Under the pieces are notes generated by a model. The model saw nothing but the letters and a program-made list of their open reading frames with translations, had not been told where the DNA came from and searched no databases. A DNA stretch of 64,000 nucleotides from Dehalococcoidia bacterium (GTDB lineage Bacteria; Chloroflexota; Dehalococcoidia; Lucifugimonadales; CAYTFF01): assembly GCA_965249025.1 (NCBI GenBank), contig OZ252215.1, forward strand, positions 622,600 to 686,599, read 5' to 3'. Positions 40,837 through 51,280 of this stretch are shown piece by piece (position 1 is the stretch's first letter; each line of letters opens with the position of its first letter). The position numbers and the translations under genes are program-made.

Positions 40837-41133
40837 TTGGAGATTAATCCCAAGACGGCCAAGCAAAGGGGAATCCAAAATGGAGGCGATGTGATTATTG
40901 AGTCTCACAACGCTGTGACTGGCGAGACGAGAAAGATTAAAACCATGGCGGCCTACTTGGAGAGCACCCGGCCAGATACGGTTTGTTTGCCCCATCACTA
41001 TGGTTTCTGGGTCAACCCAATTACGAAGGGCCATGGGCCTACACCCAACGAAATTTTTTATAGTGGAGAGGGCTACGTCAGCAATACCGCCGATCAGTCT
41101 TACCATGTCAAGGTTCGTGTGTATAAAGCCTAG
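40837..41133 (+). pseudogene. C-terminal molybdopterin-dinucleotide-binding domain of a Mo/W-bisPGD oxidoreductase; the rest of the gene is deleted
   Basis: LEINPKTAKQRGIQNGGDVIIES...RPDTVCLPHHYG...VKVRVYKA starts at the first base after the IS IRR. Confidence 0.85.
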
Positions 41134-41146
41134 GAGGTAACCTGAA

Positions 41147-41920
41147 ATGCCTAGATGGGGAATGGTAATCGATCTTTCCAAGTGTTACGGCTGCCGGGCG
41201 TGCATGGTGGCCTGTAAGGTGGAGAACAACACACCCCAGAGCCAATTCTGGATGTATGTTTATCGACTTGAGGAGGGGGAATACCCCAACGCTGAGGTGC
41301 GGTTCCTCCCCAGGCCCTGCATGCACTGCGACAAGGCTCCATGTGTCAAGGTGTGCCCTGTAGGTGCGCTCTACAAGAGGAAAGACGGCCTAGTGGCCAC
41401 CGACTGGGACAGGTGCATAGGCTGCCGTTACTGCATGATAGCTTGTCCATATGGAGTTAACTACTATAACTGGAAGGATCCAAAGAAGGCCCAATATCTT
41501 AAATGGGAGGATCCAGACAAAGATCTGCCGAATTGGGATGCGCCTGCCGCTGAGGCTCTGAATAAGGTTACCAATGGGGTCGTGCCTCCCTATAAGAATC
41601 CAGACCTGGACCAACGTATGAAAGATAACCGAAGGACAGCAGGGGGTGGTCACCACGATGGGGTTGTAGAGAAGTGCACTTTTTGTGTACACAGGGTGGA
41701 GAAGGGTCTGCAACCGGCCTGCGTTGCCAATTGCCCTGCATTTGCCCTTCATTTCGGTGACCTGGACGATCCTAGCAGTAACGTTTCCAAGCTAGTGGCT
41801 AAACACCGCTCTTCTCGGTTGAAGGACGATCTTAACACTCAGCCAAAGGTGTACTACATTAATGAGCCTCTACCTGGGGCAGAGACCGGCGAAATTGAAG
41901 CTGTAAAAGGAGGGAAGTGA
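41147..41920 (+). CDS. 4x[4Fe-4S] electron-transfer subunit (NrfC/PsrB/DmsB-type)
   Basis: CYGCRACMVAC, CMHCDKAPCVKVCP, CIGCRYCMIACP, KCTFC...PACVANCP. Confidence 0.92.
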   Translation: MPRWGMVIDLSKCYGCRACMVACKVENNTPQSQFWMYVYRLEEGEYPNAEVRFLPRPCMHCDKAPCVKVCPVGALYKRKDGLVATDWDRCIGCRYCMIACPYGVNYYNWKDPKKAQYLKWEDPDKDLPNWDAPAAEALNKVTNGVVPPYKNPDLDQRMKDNRRTAGGGHHDGVVEKCTFCVHRVEKGLQPACVANCPAFALHFGDLDDPSSNVSKLVAKHRSSRLKDDLNTQPKVYYINEPLPGAETGEIEAVKGGK

Positions 41921-41923
41921 TCC

Positions 41924-43096
41924 ATGACCACTCCAACAGCACTTGGTCGAATGAACAAGTATACTTGGGGCTTCTATGTCTGGATCGGGATCCTTGGAGT
42001 GCTCGTGGTGCTGGGGCTTTACAATTTCGTGCGACAGACCGTCGAAGGACACCACGTTACCGGCCTGAGCAATGCGGTGCTATGGGGTTTATACATAACT
42101 GGGTTTGTTTTCTTCGTTGGCACCAGTGCGGGAGCAACCGTTATTGGGCTTATGATTCACGCGTTTGGACGCGAGGATTATGCGCCACTAGGGACCCGAG
42201 CCATACTGGTGGGGATGCTGTCCTTAATGGCTGCTATACTATTCATCACTGTGGACGTTGGCTCTATCCCGCGGATGCTGCGGCTACCGATTATTTGGCG
42301 AAACCCGACATCGACGTTCATGTATACGTCGATCACGTATTACGTGTTCGGTCTGCTGATGGCTGCGGAGCTATTCTACACATTAAAAGTGACCCGAGGA
42401 GTCGCTACTCTTAGGGACAAGAAAATAGGGAAGTGGCTTGCTATTGCCGCAGTTCCATTTGCCCTCGTAGTGGTGCATGCACCTCACGGAGGCCTGTTTG
42501 CCGTGATCAAGGCTAGGGACTTCTGGAACACACTTCTTCTGCCTCCACACTTCGCAATTGCGGCTGTAGCCACCGGAACCGCCGTAATGATGTTAGTGGC
42601 GATTGTGACTTCTGCGTGGAATAAGAGAGAGCTTGTGAGTAGGAGAACCCTTGCCCATATGGGCGCACTGCTCACTCTCTTCATAGGGGTCGCTGCGTTT
42701 CTGGATGTATTCGACCTTCTGGTGTTCACCTATAGTGACAAGCCTGCAGGAAACGCAGCTTGGGATGTCCTGTTCGGCCAAAACTTGCCCATTACTATCA
42801 TTCACGTCGGTGGGTACTTCGTAGCGTTTGTAATTCTGTTGTACAACCGTGGTAGGAGCATTCCGTTGTTGGGTGTTGGCGCGGGTATAGCTATAATCGC
42901 TCTAGCAGCATTCCGCTACAACTTGACATCGGTTGGATTAGGAACGCCATTGCTCCCGTTTGAATCAATAGCGTCTTATACCCAGACATGGGGTGAGATA
43001 TTGCTCGCACTGGGCATAGTGGGGCTGATACCGCTGATCTACACAGTGCTGACCAGGGTGATTCCTATGGAGGAGAGGGTCGGCCGGTCAAGCTAG
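41924..43096 (+). CDS. NrfD/PsrC-family membrane anchor
   Basis: WGLYITGFVFFVG, DVG...R...WRNPTS, HAPHGGLF, multiple TM segments. Confidence 0.88.
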   Translation: MTTPTALGRMNKYTWGFYVWIGILGVLVVLGLYNFVRQTVEGHHVTGLSNAVLWGLYITGFVFFVGTSAGATVIGLMIHAFGREDYAPLGTRAILVGMLSLMAAILFITVDVGSIPRMLRLPIIWRNPTSTFMYTSITYYVFGLLMAAELFYTLKVTRGVATLRDKKIGKWLAIAAVPFALVVVHAPHGGLFAVIKARDFWNTLLLPPHFAIAAVATGTAVMMLVAIVTSAWNKRELVSRRTLAHMGALLTLFIGVAAFLDVFDLLVFTYSDKPAGNAAWDVLFGQNLPITIIHVGGYFVAFVILLYNRGRSIPLLGVGAGIAIIALAAFRYNLTSVGLGTPLLPFESIASYTQTWGEILLALGIVGLIPLIYTVLTRVIPMEERVGRSS

Positions 43097-43195
43097 TGGT
43101 TTGTAGTTCATAACTAGAGGTTGCTCCTTTGCAAGGTGGTTTATGAACTCATGCTCCACGTATAAGACGAGTGGACTGATCTTAGTGGAGGTTGC

Positions 43196-45151
43196 GTGGT
43201 GAGTCGAGGACGCGACAGTGGCGACAACGGGACTGACCTGCCCCCAGTAATTGTACCAGATTAAACCTCGCATTCAAGCCATTGCAGGCATGGTAGTTTG
43301 TGGAGTTGGCGGTCGATATCCCAGTGCACTGTGAGGCCTTACCTGGTTATACTCTTTTCTCCACCATTCAATGAGTATCCGGGCTTCAGCAAGGGTATTG
43401 AACAATTCACCATTTAGGAACTCATCCCTCAGTTTCCCGTTGAATGACTCGACGTAACCATTTTCCCAAGGACTTCCAGGCTCTATGAACAGGGCCCTTC
43501 ACCTCCAGGTTAGATAACCACCCTCTCACCGCTTTGGAGGTGAACTCCGGGCCATTATCAGAGCGGACGTGCTCCGGAACCCCTCTGACCAGGAACAGCA
43601 TGTAGAGCTGGTCCAGGACATCCTGTGATGTGATGCTCCGCTTCACCACCATGGCTAAACACTCCCTGGTGTACTCGTCCACGATCGCCAGGATACGGAA
43701 AGCCCTGCCATCTGCGGTCCTTGCCGCCACGAAGTCGTAGCTCCACACATGGTCTTTGCGCTCCGGCCTAAGCCTTATACACGACCCATCGTTCAGCCAT
43801 AACCGGCCTCTCTTGGGCTGTTTACCGGGTACTTTCAATCCCTCAATCCTCCATATACGTTCCACTCTCTTGTGGTTCACCCTCCACCCTTCGCTCTTCA
43901 ATAGGGCTGTCACCCTACGATAACCGTACCTGCCATACCTAGTGGCCAACTCCACTATCCTCCTGACCAGTGCATCACTATCGATATCTCTGCCATGAGA
44001 ATACCTCTGGGTTGCTCTGGGTTGGGTGATCACCTGGCACGCCCGCCTCTGAGACACTCCCAACTGCTCACATACTCTCTCCACCAGCTTCCGTCTCCTA
44101 GGCGGGCTCAGGAGTTTCCCCGAAGAGCCTCCTTCAAGATGTCCTTGTCCAAGCTCAGGTCTGCCACCAGCCTCTTCAACCGGACGTTCTCCTTCTCCAA
44201 CTCCCTTAGCCTCTTGGCCTGCTCCACACCCATCCCACCATACTCTTTCCTCCACACGTAATAGGTGTGATCAGACACCCCTATCCTCCTCACTGCCTCC
44301 CATACAGCTTGCCCTTGCTGCACCAGTACATCCACCTCACGCAGCTTCTCTATGATCTGTTCCGGTGTATATCCCTTCCTAGGCATCTGCCCCCCTTTCT
44401 ACTATATCCAGTGTGCGAGTTTATCACTGGACTAGTTTTCGTGGGTCAGGTCAGGAGGAACGGGCAGGACCTTGTGGAAATGGTGGATCTAGCGCGGCTT
44501 CGGCAAGGGGCGTACCGGCTTTTCAGTCAGAGTCTGCTATATCCGGATGACCAGAGGCTGGTAGCTATTGCCTGTGTAGCAGAAGAGTTGCTGGGGGAGA
44601 GTGGGGTATGGGGCAACTTTGCCTTCTTCGAGGAGTGGAGCCGATTCCTGCGGTGCCTTGAGGAGTTGCGCTCCCAAGACCCTACTGCACTCCAGGGCGA
44701 GTATATCTCAAACTTCTCAGTGAACCGAGTTGGCATTCCCAGCCCCATCTTCGAGTCGGCCTATCTGGAGGAGGACACATCTAGCACCGGATGGCTCTTG
44801 GCCGGACTAGAGGGCGAGTACAGGAGGGAGGGCCTTTATCCATCTTTTAAGGATCCCCCTGATCATGCGTCTGTAGAATTGGAATTTATGTCCTTCCTCT
44901 GCGATCGGGAGGCAGATGCTTGGGGCAAACATGAGCTATCGCGTGCCATTGGAGATCTTCAGAAGGAACGGGATTTTTTGACTCATCACCTTTGCTGGTG
45001 GTTTCCTGAGTTCGCTAGCAAGGTTGCTACCGAAGTTGGCGGTGGCGTGCTTTATGCCGCGGCCCGGGCTGCAGAGGCCTTCTTGGTCCACGACAAGGAG
45101 CTTTTGGATACTCTACTTCAGCGTTTCGAAGGCGTAGAGGAGAGGTTATGA
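43196..45151 (+). pseudogene. TorD/DmsD-family chaperone interrupted near its 5' end by the IS407-type element
   Basis: EPPDH-like KDPPDHASVELEFM and HLCWWFP. Removing 43234-44457 restores an in-frame start (GGAGG..GTG 43196: MVSRGRDSGDNGTNGQDLVEMVDL). The body (44459-45151) is intact. Confidence 0.75.
43234..44453 (-). mobile_element. IS3-family (IS407-group) element, orfB frameshifted
   Basis: Ends TGACCTGCCCC... and ...GGGTCAGGTCA, 1220 bp. orfA 44108-44386, slippery [28 protein letters not shown] after a +1 shift near 43500. Flanks GGAC/GGAG. Confidence 0.9.
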
Positions 45152-46800
45152 TAGTGGAAGGCCAAGTATCTAAGCGCGTTTCCAGGGAGGCAGGCCGTGA
45201 TGAAGACGACCTGTCTACCATTGTCTTTTTTTGTCAGGATCTCCAGGATATAGGCAATGGTCTTGACATAATGGAACTTTGTCAGTGGCTGGAGACAGCA
45301 GATTGGAACGTGAGAGGAAGAGCGGTTCCCGAGCTCTGTCACAGTCCTGAGGGCCTATTCCAATCGGTTTCTGGGAAAGCTAATCGGGTTGTCTTGTGTG
45401 TATGCGCCCGGGACTACGCTGAGTTGGAGGTGCAGTCCCAGGCTAGGAAGGCTGGACTGGACCCAATTGGAATTGAAGTCTTGAACTTGGGAGCCTTCTG
45501 TAGCCTGATTCCCGACGCCTCTGTGAGGTTAGAGAAGGCCAAGGTTTTGCTTGCGGCTACCGTTGCCAAGGCAAGGGCCTATTCTGGAAGCAGCCCTGAG
45601 AGTCTCAGTCCATACTTTCCATCGCTTTCCCAGAGGGTAAGCCGACGCGCCTTGTTCACTTTGCCGACGATACGTTATAAGGCGGTGGCCTCTATCGACG
45701 GTCAGCGCTGCGTTGCTGAGAGAGGCTGTGAGATTTGCGTTCGGGCGTGCCCTAAAAATGCGCTCCAAAATTCGGGAGGAGCGCTGTTGGTGAGCAAGGC
45801 TCAGTGCGATGGATGCGGCATCTGCGTGACTGAGTGTCCTCAGGGCGCCGTTGAATTTCCTGATGGCACCTCTCGACAGTTTGAAGCCCAAGTCGCGGCT
45901 CTCCTTGAAGCGGGTTCTAATGGTATGGGGGAACGCCGTATTCTTTTTACGTGTAGAGGTGGCACAGAGGCCATCGGGCAAGCGGGACAGAACGGTGTGG
46001 GCACGTCGGCTTCCTGGCTCCCTGTGGTTGTGCGTTGTACTGGGATGATCACTGTAGGGTGGATTCTCCAGTGTGTGGCAGCCGGCGCCTCGGTTGGCGT
46101 AGTCTCCTGCAGCGAGGGCTGTTCACTTAATCAGGATAAGACTGCCTCTGGAAGGGTCGATTACTGTCGAGAGTTGCTGCGGTTATTGGGAGGGTCCCCA
46201 GAGTTGGTGAGGATAGTAGATCCTTGGGAGACACCCAGCTCTGGGCAGATGTTTGATGATAATGCTAATATCGCCGGGTCAAGAAGCAATGGCACTGCTC
46301 CTCAGCCGGTCGTATTCGGATCAGATGCCTTTGTCAATGCTATGAAGAAATTGGCGGAAATATATGAAGGCATCACTACCCTTCGTTTTGAACATCCTTA
46401 TTCGCCTGCTGGAGCTGTGGACATAGAACGCCAGCATTGCACCGCTTGCGGGGTGTGCGCTGAGACCTGTCCGACGATGGCATTGCAGTTCGAGCGCCGC
46501 TCTAATAAAGTAGCCCTCACCTTTGACGCTGGATTGTGTGTGGCCTGTGGTCAGTGCTCTTCCATGTGCCCGGAGGCTAATCTCGGAGCGATTCGAGTGG
46601 AAAGGGTGACGGACTTTGCTCGACTGACTAATGGGCGGGAAATCCTGCATGAGGATATGGAAAGGCGTTGTAAGGCATGTGGTGGTCCTGTGGCTACCCA
46701 GGGCATGTTGAACCGGATAGCTTCTCTCTTAGGAGAGGAAAGCGCTGTGTTGATGGACGAGATCGAACAGTACTGTAGCTCATGCAGGATGAATAGATAA
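45148..46800 (+). CDS. Polyferredoxin-type Fe-S protein with HdrA-N-like and MvhD/FlpD-like regions
   Basis: CEICVRACP, CDGCGICVTECP, CTACGVCAETCP, CVACGQCSSMCP, VRCTGMI..GW...G..VVSC...C, C-terminal CKAC/CSSC. No FAD motif. Confidence 0.75.
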   Translation: MIVEGQVSKRVSREAGRDEDDLSTIVFFCQDLQDIGNGLDIMELCQWLETADWNVRGRAVPELCHSPEGLFQSVSGKANRVVLCVCARDYAELEVQSQARKAGLDPIGIEVLNLGAFCSLIPDASVRLEKAKVLLAATVAKARAYSGSSPESLSPYFPSLSQRVSRRALFTLPTIRYKAVASIDGQRCVAERGCEICVRACPKNALQNSGGALLVSKAQCDGCGICVTECPQGAVEFPDGTSRQFEAQVAALLEAGSNGMGERRILFTCRGGTEAIGQAGQNGVGTSASWLPVVVRCTGMITVGWILQCVAAGASVGVVSCSEGCSLNQDKTASGRVDYCRELLRLLGGSPELVRIVDPWETPSSGQMFDDNANIAGSRSNGTAPQPVVFGSDAFVNAMKKLAEIYEGITTLRFEHPYSPAGAVDIERQHCTACGVCAETCPTMALQFERRSNKVALTFDAGLCVACGQCSSMCPEANLGAIRVERVTDFARLTNGREILHEDMERRCKACGGPVATQGMLNRIASLLGEESAVLMDEIEQYCSSCRMNR

Positions 46801-46967
46801 AGCGGTGTTATGAGGTACACTTGGCCTTGCAGTCTTAGATGATGAAATAAATGCTAATGTCCTGTTCCCGAAGTTCACTGCAAATGTCATCCCGACAGGT
46901 CGGGACGACGAAGCAATGACGATTTATGAGCGTATCTCAGTTACACCACACTAGGGAGGTGATATCC

Positions 46968-47156
46968 ATGCCATTCAGTCTAGGGCCAGCAGAGTTGACC
47001 ATCATACTGGTGATAATAATGATCATCTTTGGAGTCGGGAAGTTGCCTCAGGCAGGCAATGCTATGGGCAAGGCGATACGGGAGTTTAGAAGAGGCCAGA
47101 ATGAAGAGGATGAGCAAACACCTGCAGACGCTTCGGAAGATTCAGGAACGCCCTGA
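46968..47156 (+). CDS. tatA: Twin-arginine translocase subunit TatA/E
   Basis: LGPAEL.IILVIIMIIFGVGKLPQAGNAMGKAIREFR. ATG 46968 follows GGGAGG. Confidence 0.92.
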   Translation: MPFSLGPAELTIILVIIMIIFGVGKLPQAGNAMGKAIREFRRGQNEEDEQTPADASEDSGTP

Positions 47157-47263
47157 TTCAGTTTCCCAAAAGGAGTTGTAGGTTTGATGTCTGTGTTTGC
47201 TCCGCTCCTTGAGGTTTGCCAATAATTGATCCCCTAATGTGGAAGGTCTATAGGCTAGTCCAA

Positions 47264-48007
47264 TTATGCTTGGTTGGACAGCCATAGCTGGATATTCTGC
47301 TCAACTACCTCTTGATGGTGGTCGCACCAGGTAGTAGCGTGGGCGTATCCTTTTTGGTCCATGACGCAGCCATCACCTGTACACTCCTCATCGTCCTCAT
47401 GATGTCTAGCTCCCAACAGGTGACCGATTTCATGAGCAATCAAGGCAGAGTTCCTCTTTTGCCCTTCATGATAGAACTTGACGATCACCCTTTCGTTGCC
47501 TTCCTGCGCCCAGCCGTCGTATTTGACAGTATCTTGGCAGGTAATGGCCAGAAGCAGGCGTCCATTGGCTCTATGAACCTGGCTCTCTGCAGATGCAAGC
47601 AGATTTGCAATGGAGTCTTGGAAGTCTTCGGAGCGCCACTCTTGGACTGAGGCTACCCTAACCGTCAGGCCAATTTGGCTAAGTAGTGAATTGGCTCCTG
47701 TTATCATCTCAAATACTTCTCCAAGCCATTTTTCGCCGACTTGTCGTATGAAGTCTTCGTCAACTGCTACATCGACGAGGAGAACAACAAGGGCTTCGTC
47801 ATCAGCCTCTCTAAGGAAGGTCAAGGCGCTTGGGAGGCTGATGTTATTCTCTACTTGGTGTGCTTTTGGAGGCTCGTCATGTAGCGTGTCGTGTGATGTT
47901 TGCCGAGGAAGAATGGGGTAGCTAAGTAGCACGATGAACGCAAGGAAGACAGAGGTCGCCAGCTTTGCTTGGAGCTTCCAATGTGGGAGATGATTGAGTT
48001 TTTTCAT
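47264..48007 (-). CDS. Secreted metzincin (M12-like) zinc metalloprotease
   Basis: HEIGHLLGARH zinc motif followed by a CVM Met-turn; N-terminal hydrophobic segment. Confidence 0.75.
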   Translation of the reverse strand: MKKLNHLPHWKLQAKLATSVFLAFIVLLSYPILPRQTSHDTLHDEPPKAHQVENNISLPSALTFLREADDEALVVLLVDVAVDEDFIRQVGEKWLGEVFEMITGANSLLSQIGLTVRVASVQEWRSEDFQDSIANLLASAESQVHRANGRLLLAITCQDTVKYDGWAQEGNERVIVKFYHEGQKRNSALIAHEIGHLLGARHHEDDEECTGDGCVMDQKGYAHATTWCDHHQEVVEQNIQLWLSNQA

Positions 48008-48213
48008 ATCCCCGTCTCTAATCCCGCTCAGGCAAACTTGGCGAGTCTACACCGGCGCCTGAAGGTTTTTGATAGGTTAAGACTTAAACCGCTCCAGCGC
48101 TAAGATTAGCGATGCCCTTAGCTTTTGATCAGGTGCAGATGGCCTGGATTAATGGGGCCTTTGGTCACGTATTGTTGGGCAGGAGTAGCTGTCGCAGGCT
48201 ATGATTTGGCTCG

Positions 48214-49320
48214 CTACGAGGATGGTTCGGCGGCTTTGTGTCTTAAGACATGGACTGCGCTGGCTTTGAAGCTGGCTATCACCGTCATCCCCACGTCAAA
48301 TCCCATTTCTGAAAAGGATATCTTGGTAACTAACGCAACAAGAGGAAACCCGCAGTCGATGGCGATTCGGAATTGGGAACCAAGGGAGGTGAATCGAGAT
48401 ATCGTGCCGTAAAGGTGGTTTCTGGCGCTTGTTTGCGATGTATGGGCTCCTTGTGTCTCAACCACAACGTCTTCTGGACGGATGCCCAGAGTTACCTCAT
48501 CGCCGATGGAATAGTCGCCTACTACCGCTAGCTCCCTTCCGTGGATTTCAATGGTGGCTAGTCCCTTTTTCATGTCTGTGACAAGGCCAGTGAGTATGTT
48601 CTCTACGCCTGTGAATGATGCCACCTCTTCGCTGATGGGCGAACTAAACACTGTTTCTGTGTCTCCGACTTGTTTTATGTGTCCGTTTAGCATAACGGCT
48701 ACCCGGTCGCTGAAAGCCAAGGCCTCAGACCGCTGATGAGTGACAAAGATCGTGCTGATCTTGGTTTCGTCTAATATGCGCTGGAGGTCTTCCATGAGGG
48801 AATCTCTGGAAGGCTCATCCAGGGCTGAGAAAGGCTCATCCAAGAGGAGCAATTCGGGATCCAAGACCAAGGCTCTTGCCAGGCTAACTCTCTGGGCCTC
48901 GCCACCTGAGAGTGTCCTGGCGTTTTGTCTCTTGAGATGAGATATGTCCAGACGCTCCATCCAGACCTCGGCTCGCTTGGAGGTCTCTCTATGAGATATG
49001 CCTCTAAACCGTAGTCCAGTGGCCACATTTTCAAATGTGGATGCGTTCCGCAGCATCGCTTCTTGCAGCACTAGAGCTATCTTGCGTCGAAAGCGGAGAA
49101 GGTTGCCTCGGAATTTGACTGGTTCGCCGTCGAATGTTACAGTGCCCTGCGCAGGGGCTTCAAGCAATCCCAGCACTCTAAGAAGGGTGGATTTACCAGC
49201 TCCGTTTGGGCCGATCACTGTGAAGGTCTCTCCTCGGTTGACCGTTAGTTCGGGCACATCGAGGATGGTGTGTCTCTTTTTGACGACCTGAATCTCTTTG
49301 ATTTCCACGATTGCGCTCAT
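48214..49320 (-). CDS. tupC: Tungstate ABC transporter ATPase with TOBE domains
   Basis: GPNGAGKST, LSGGE, LLLDE, VTH, C-terminal TOBE. In an operon with tupA/tupB. Confidence 0.85.
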   Translation of the reverse strand: MSAIVEIKEIQVVKKRHTILDVPELTVNRGETFTVIGPNGAGKSTLLRVLGLLEAPAQGTVTFDGEPVKFRGNLLRFRRKIALVLQEAMLRNASTFENVATGLRFRGISHRETSKRAEVWMERLDISHLKRQNARTLSGGEAQRVSLARALVLDPELLLLDEPFSALDEPSRDSLMEDLQRILDETKISTIFVTHQRSEALAFSDRVAVMLNGHIKQVGDTETVFSSPISEEVASFTGVENILTGLVTDMKKGLATIEIHGRELAVVGDYSIGDEVTLGIRPEDVVVETQGAHTSQTSARNHLYGTISRFTSLGSQFRIAIDCGFPLVALVTKISFSEMGFDVGMTVIASFKASAVHVLRHKAAEPSS

Positions 49321-50018
49321 TGCTGAATCCTGGCCCTCTGTTGAAAATAGGTCAGCGCTAGTATAACAAGGAAGACTATAAGAAGCAGAATCAAGCCCAG
49401 CGCTATAGCCAGCCCGAAATTCCCCCTGCTGGACTCCAATACAATGGCTGTGGTCAGGACCCTGGTCTGTCCGCTAATATTGCCACCCACCATCATAACT
49501 GCGCCGACTTCGGATATTACACCGCCAAAGCCTGCCATTACGGCGGTAAGGAGGAGAAGGCGGGCCTCCTGAAAGAGTATCCAGAGTAGCTGAAGGCGAG
49601 AGGCACCTAGACCTAACATCTGAAGGCGCAGCCTCGGATCCAATTGTGCGATGGCGGCCATGCTGACTCCAGTGACAATGGGGGCAGCTATTATCACCTG
49701 GGCTATGACCATGGCCGCAGGGGAATATATGATATTCAACAGACCTAATGGTCCGCTTCTCCAAAGCATGATGCTGACCAATAGGCCAATCACCACGGGA
49801 GGCATTCCCATCCCTGTGTTGACTATGGTTAAAGCTAGGTTACGCCCCAAGAACCTGCTTAGGCCTAGAAAGGCTCCCAGGGGCACGCCTATCAGGAGGC
49901 TCAGGAGAGTGGCGCTACCGGAAACTTGCAGCGAAAGAGATACTATTCTAAAGACTTCTCTATCGCCGTGGATGATGAGCCAGAACGCCTGGCGTACGCC
50001 TTCCCAGATGAGGTCCAC
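49317..50018 (-). CDS. tupB: Tungstate ABC transporter permease
   Basis: VNTGMGMPPVVIGL, FGGVISEVGAVMMVGGNI...TRVLTTAI. Confidence 0.9.
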   Translation of the reverse strand: MDLIWEGVRQAFWLIIHGDREVFRIVSLSLQVSGSATLLSLLIGVPLGAFLGLSRFLGRNLALTIVNTGMGMPPVVIGLLVSIMLWRSGPLGLLNIIYSPAAMVIAQVIIAAPIVTGVSMAAIAQLDPRLRLQMLGLGASRLQLLWILFQEARLLLLTAVMAGFGGVISEVGAVMMVGGNISGQTRVLTTAIVLESSRGNFGLAIALGLILLLIVFLVILALTYFQQRARIQQ

Positions 50019-50021
50019 TGG

Positions 50022-50912
50022 CTACCCTCCAATATCCATAATATCCTCTTCTAGCTTGCCCGCGTCTGGGATGAACAGCTGCTCACCGAATTTGTCTACT
50101 CCAAACTCCTTTATTATGGACTGGGCTTCAGAGGATACCATAAAGTTCACGAAGGCTTCGGCACCGCCTTTGTTGACCTTGGGGAATTTACTGGGATTAA
50201 CCTGCATGACTGAGTAGATGTTCAGTAGGGCTGGATCGCCCTCTACCAAAACGTCAAGATCCAAGGCCTTCTTCAGGGCTAGATAGCTCCCTCTGTCGGT
50301 TAGCGTGTAGCCTTGCTTCTCCGAGGCTATGCGAAGAGTGGCTCCCATCCCCTGGCCTGTCTGCTGATACCACCCGCCGGTGGGTTCCACTCCAACTGCC
50401 GCCCAGAGGGCTTTCTCCATCTTGTGAGTGCCAGAATCATCCCCTCGGCTTATAAAGAGGGAGTTTGTGTTTAGTATTCTGGCCAGCGCTAGCGCAGCGT
50501 CTTTACCTCCTCTGATCCCGGCGGGGTCGTCTGGAGGGCTCACGATGGCGAAATAGTTGTGCATGACTAGCTGTCTGTTTATTACGATGCCCTTCTCCAT
50601 CAAAGCCTTCTCTGCGCTGGGAGCGTGGACCAGGAGGACATCTGGCTCACCCCGCTCTGCCATAGCCATGGCTTTGCCTGTTCCAACGGCTATGGGTTTG
50701 ATTATATAACCGGTCTTCTCTTGGAACTTGGGTATGAGAACGTCAAGGAGGCCTGTGTCGTATGTGCTGGTTGTGGTGGCCAGAATAACGTTCCTAACGA
50801 CTGGGTTTGGCGTGTTCTGGCTGTTTGGCCCTGATGTTGATTCCTCTGCGCCACAGGAGGCAACAGATATGGTGACGAACGCCAGCAAGATGGCCTGGGC
50901 AAAAGGCTTCAT
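50022..50912 (-). CDS. tupA: Tungstate-binding lipoprotein
   Basis: TTTS signature (LATTTSTYDTGLL), VLLVHAP, SRGDDSGTH, GYTLTDRG. Start ATG 50912. Confidence 0.92.
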   Translation of the reverse strand: MKPFAQAILLAFVTISVASCGAEESTSGPNSQNTPNPVVRNVILATTTSTYDTGLLDVLIPKFQEKTGYIIKPIAVGTGKAMAMAERGEPDVLLVHAPSAEKALMEKGIVINRQLVMHNYFAIVSPPDDPAGIRGGKDAALALARILNTNSLFISRGDDSGTHKMEKALWAAVGVEPTGGWYQQTGQGMGATLRIASEKQGYTLTDRGSYLALKKALDLDVLVEGDPALLNIYSVMQVNPSKFPKVNKGGAEAFVNFMVSSEAQSIIKEFGVDKFGEQLFIPDAGKLEEDIMDIGG

Positions 50913-51280
50913 TACATTCCTTCCTTTTATACACATTCTATTGTACCTATTGTACTGGAAGAGGAGTGATCTCCTGACATACAAGGGCGCTGGCAGTTGC
51001 TAGGTTAGGCACCACAAAATAATACATCCTGATATTGCTTTTGCAAGGCTGTAGGTGGGTCGAGCATCTGAAAGGTACGTTTTTATGATAAATAACAGAG
51101 AAAGGGTAAATGGGGATAGACATGTGTGATTTTAGAGTGTATTATGCTAGCGATGACAGCGAGGCCCTACTTGCACGCTGTTGTAGAAGCCTCTATGTAA
51201 TAGCCCTCCAAGTGGAGGCGTAGATATATACTCTCCGATAATTGGGGGTTACTCTTGCATAAAGATTAAGGGGGTTTCCT

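Noticed and set aside
46886-46909. Short hairpin GTCATCCCGAC-AG-GTCGGGACGAC upstream of tatA
   Set aside because: Only one copy in the window, so it cannot be called a REP or regulatory element.
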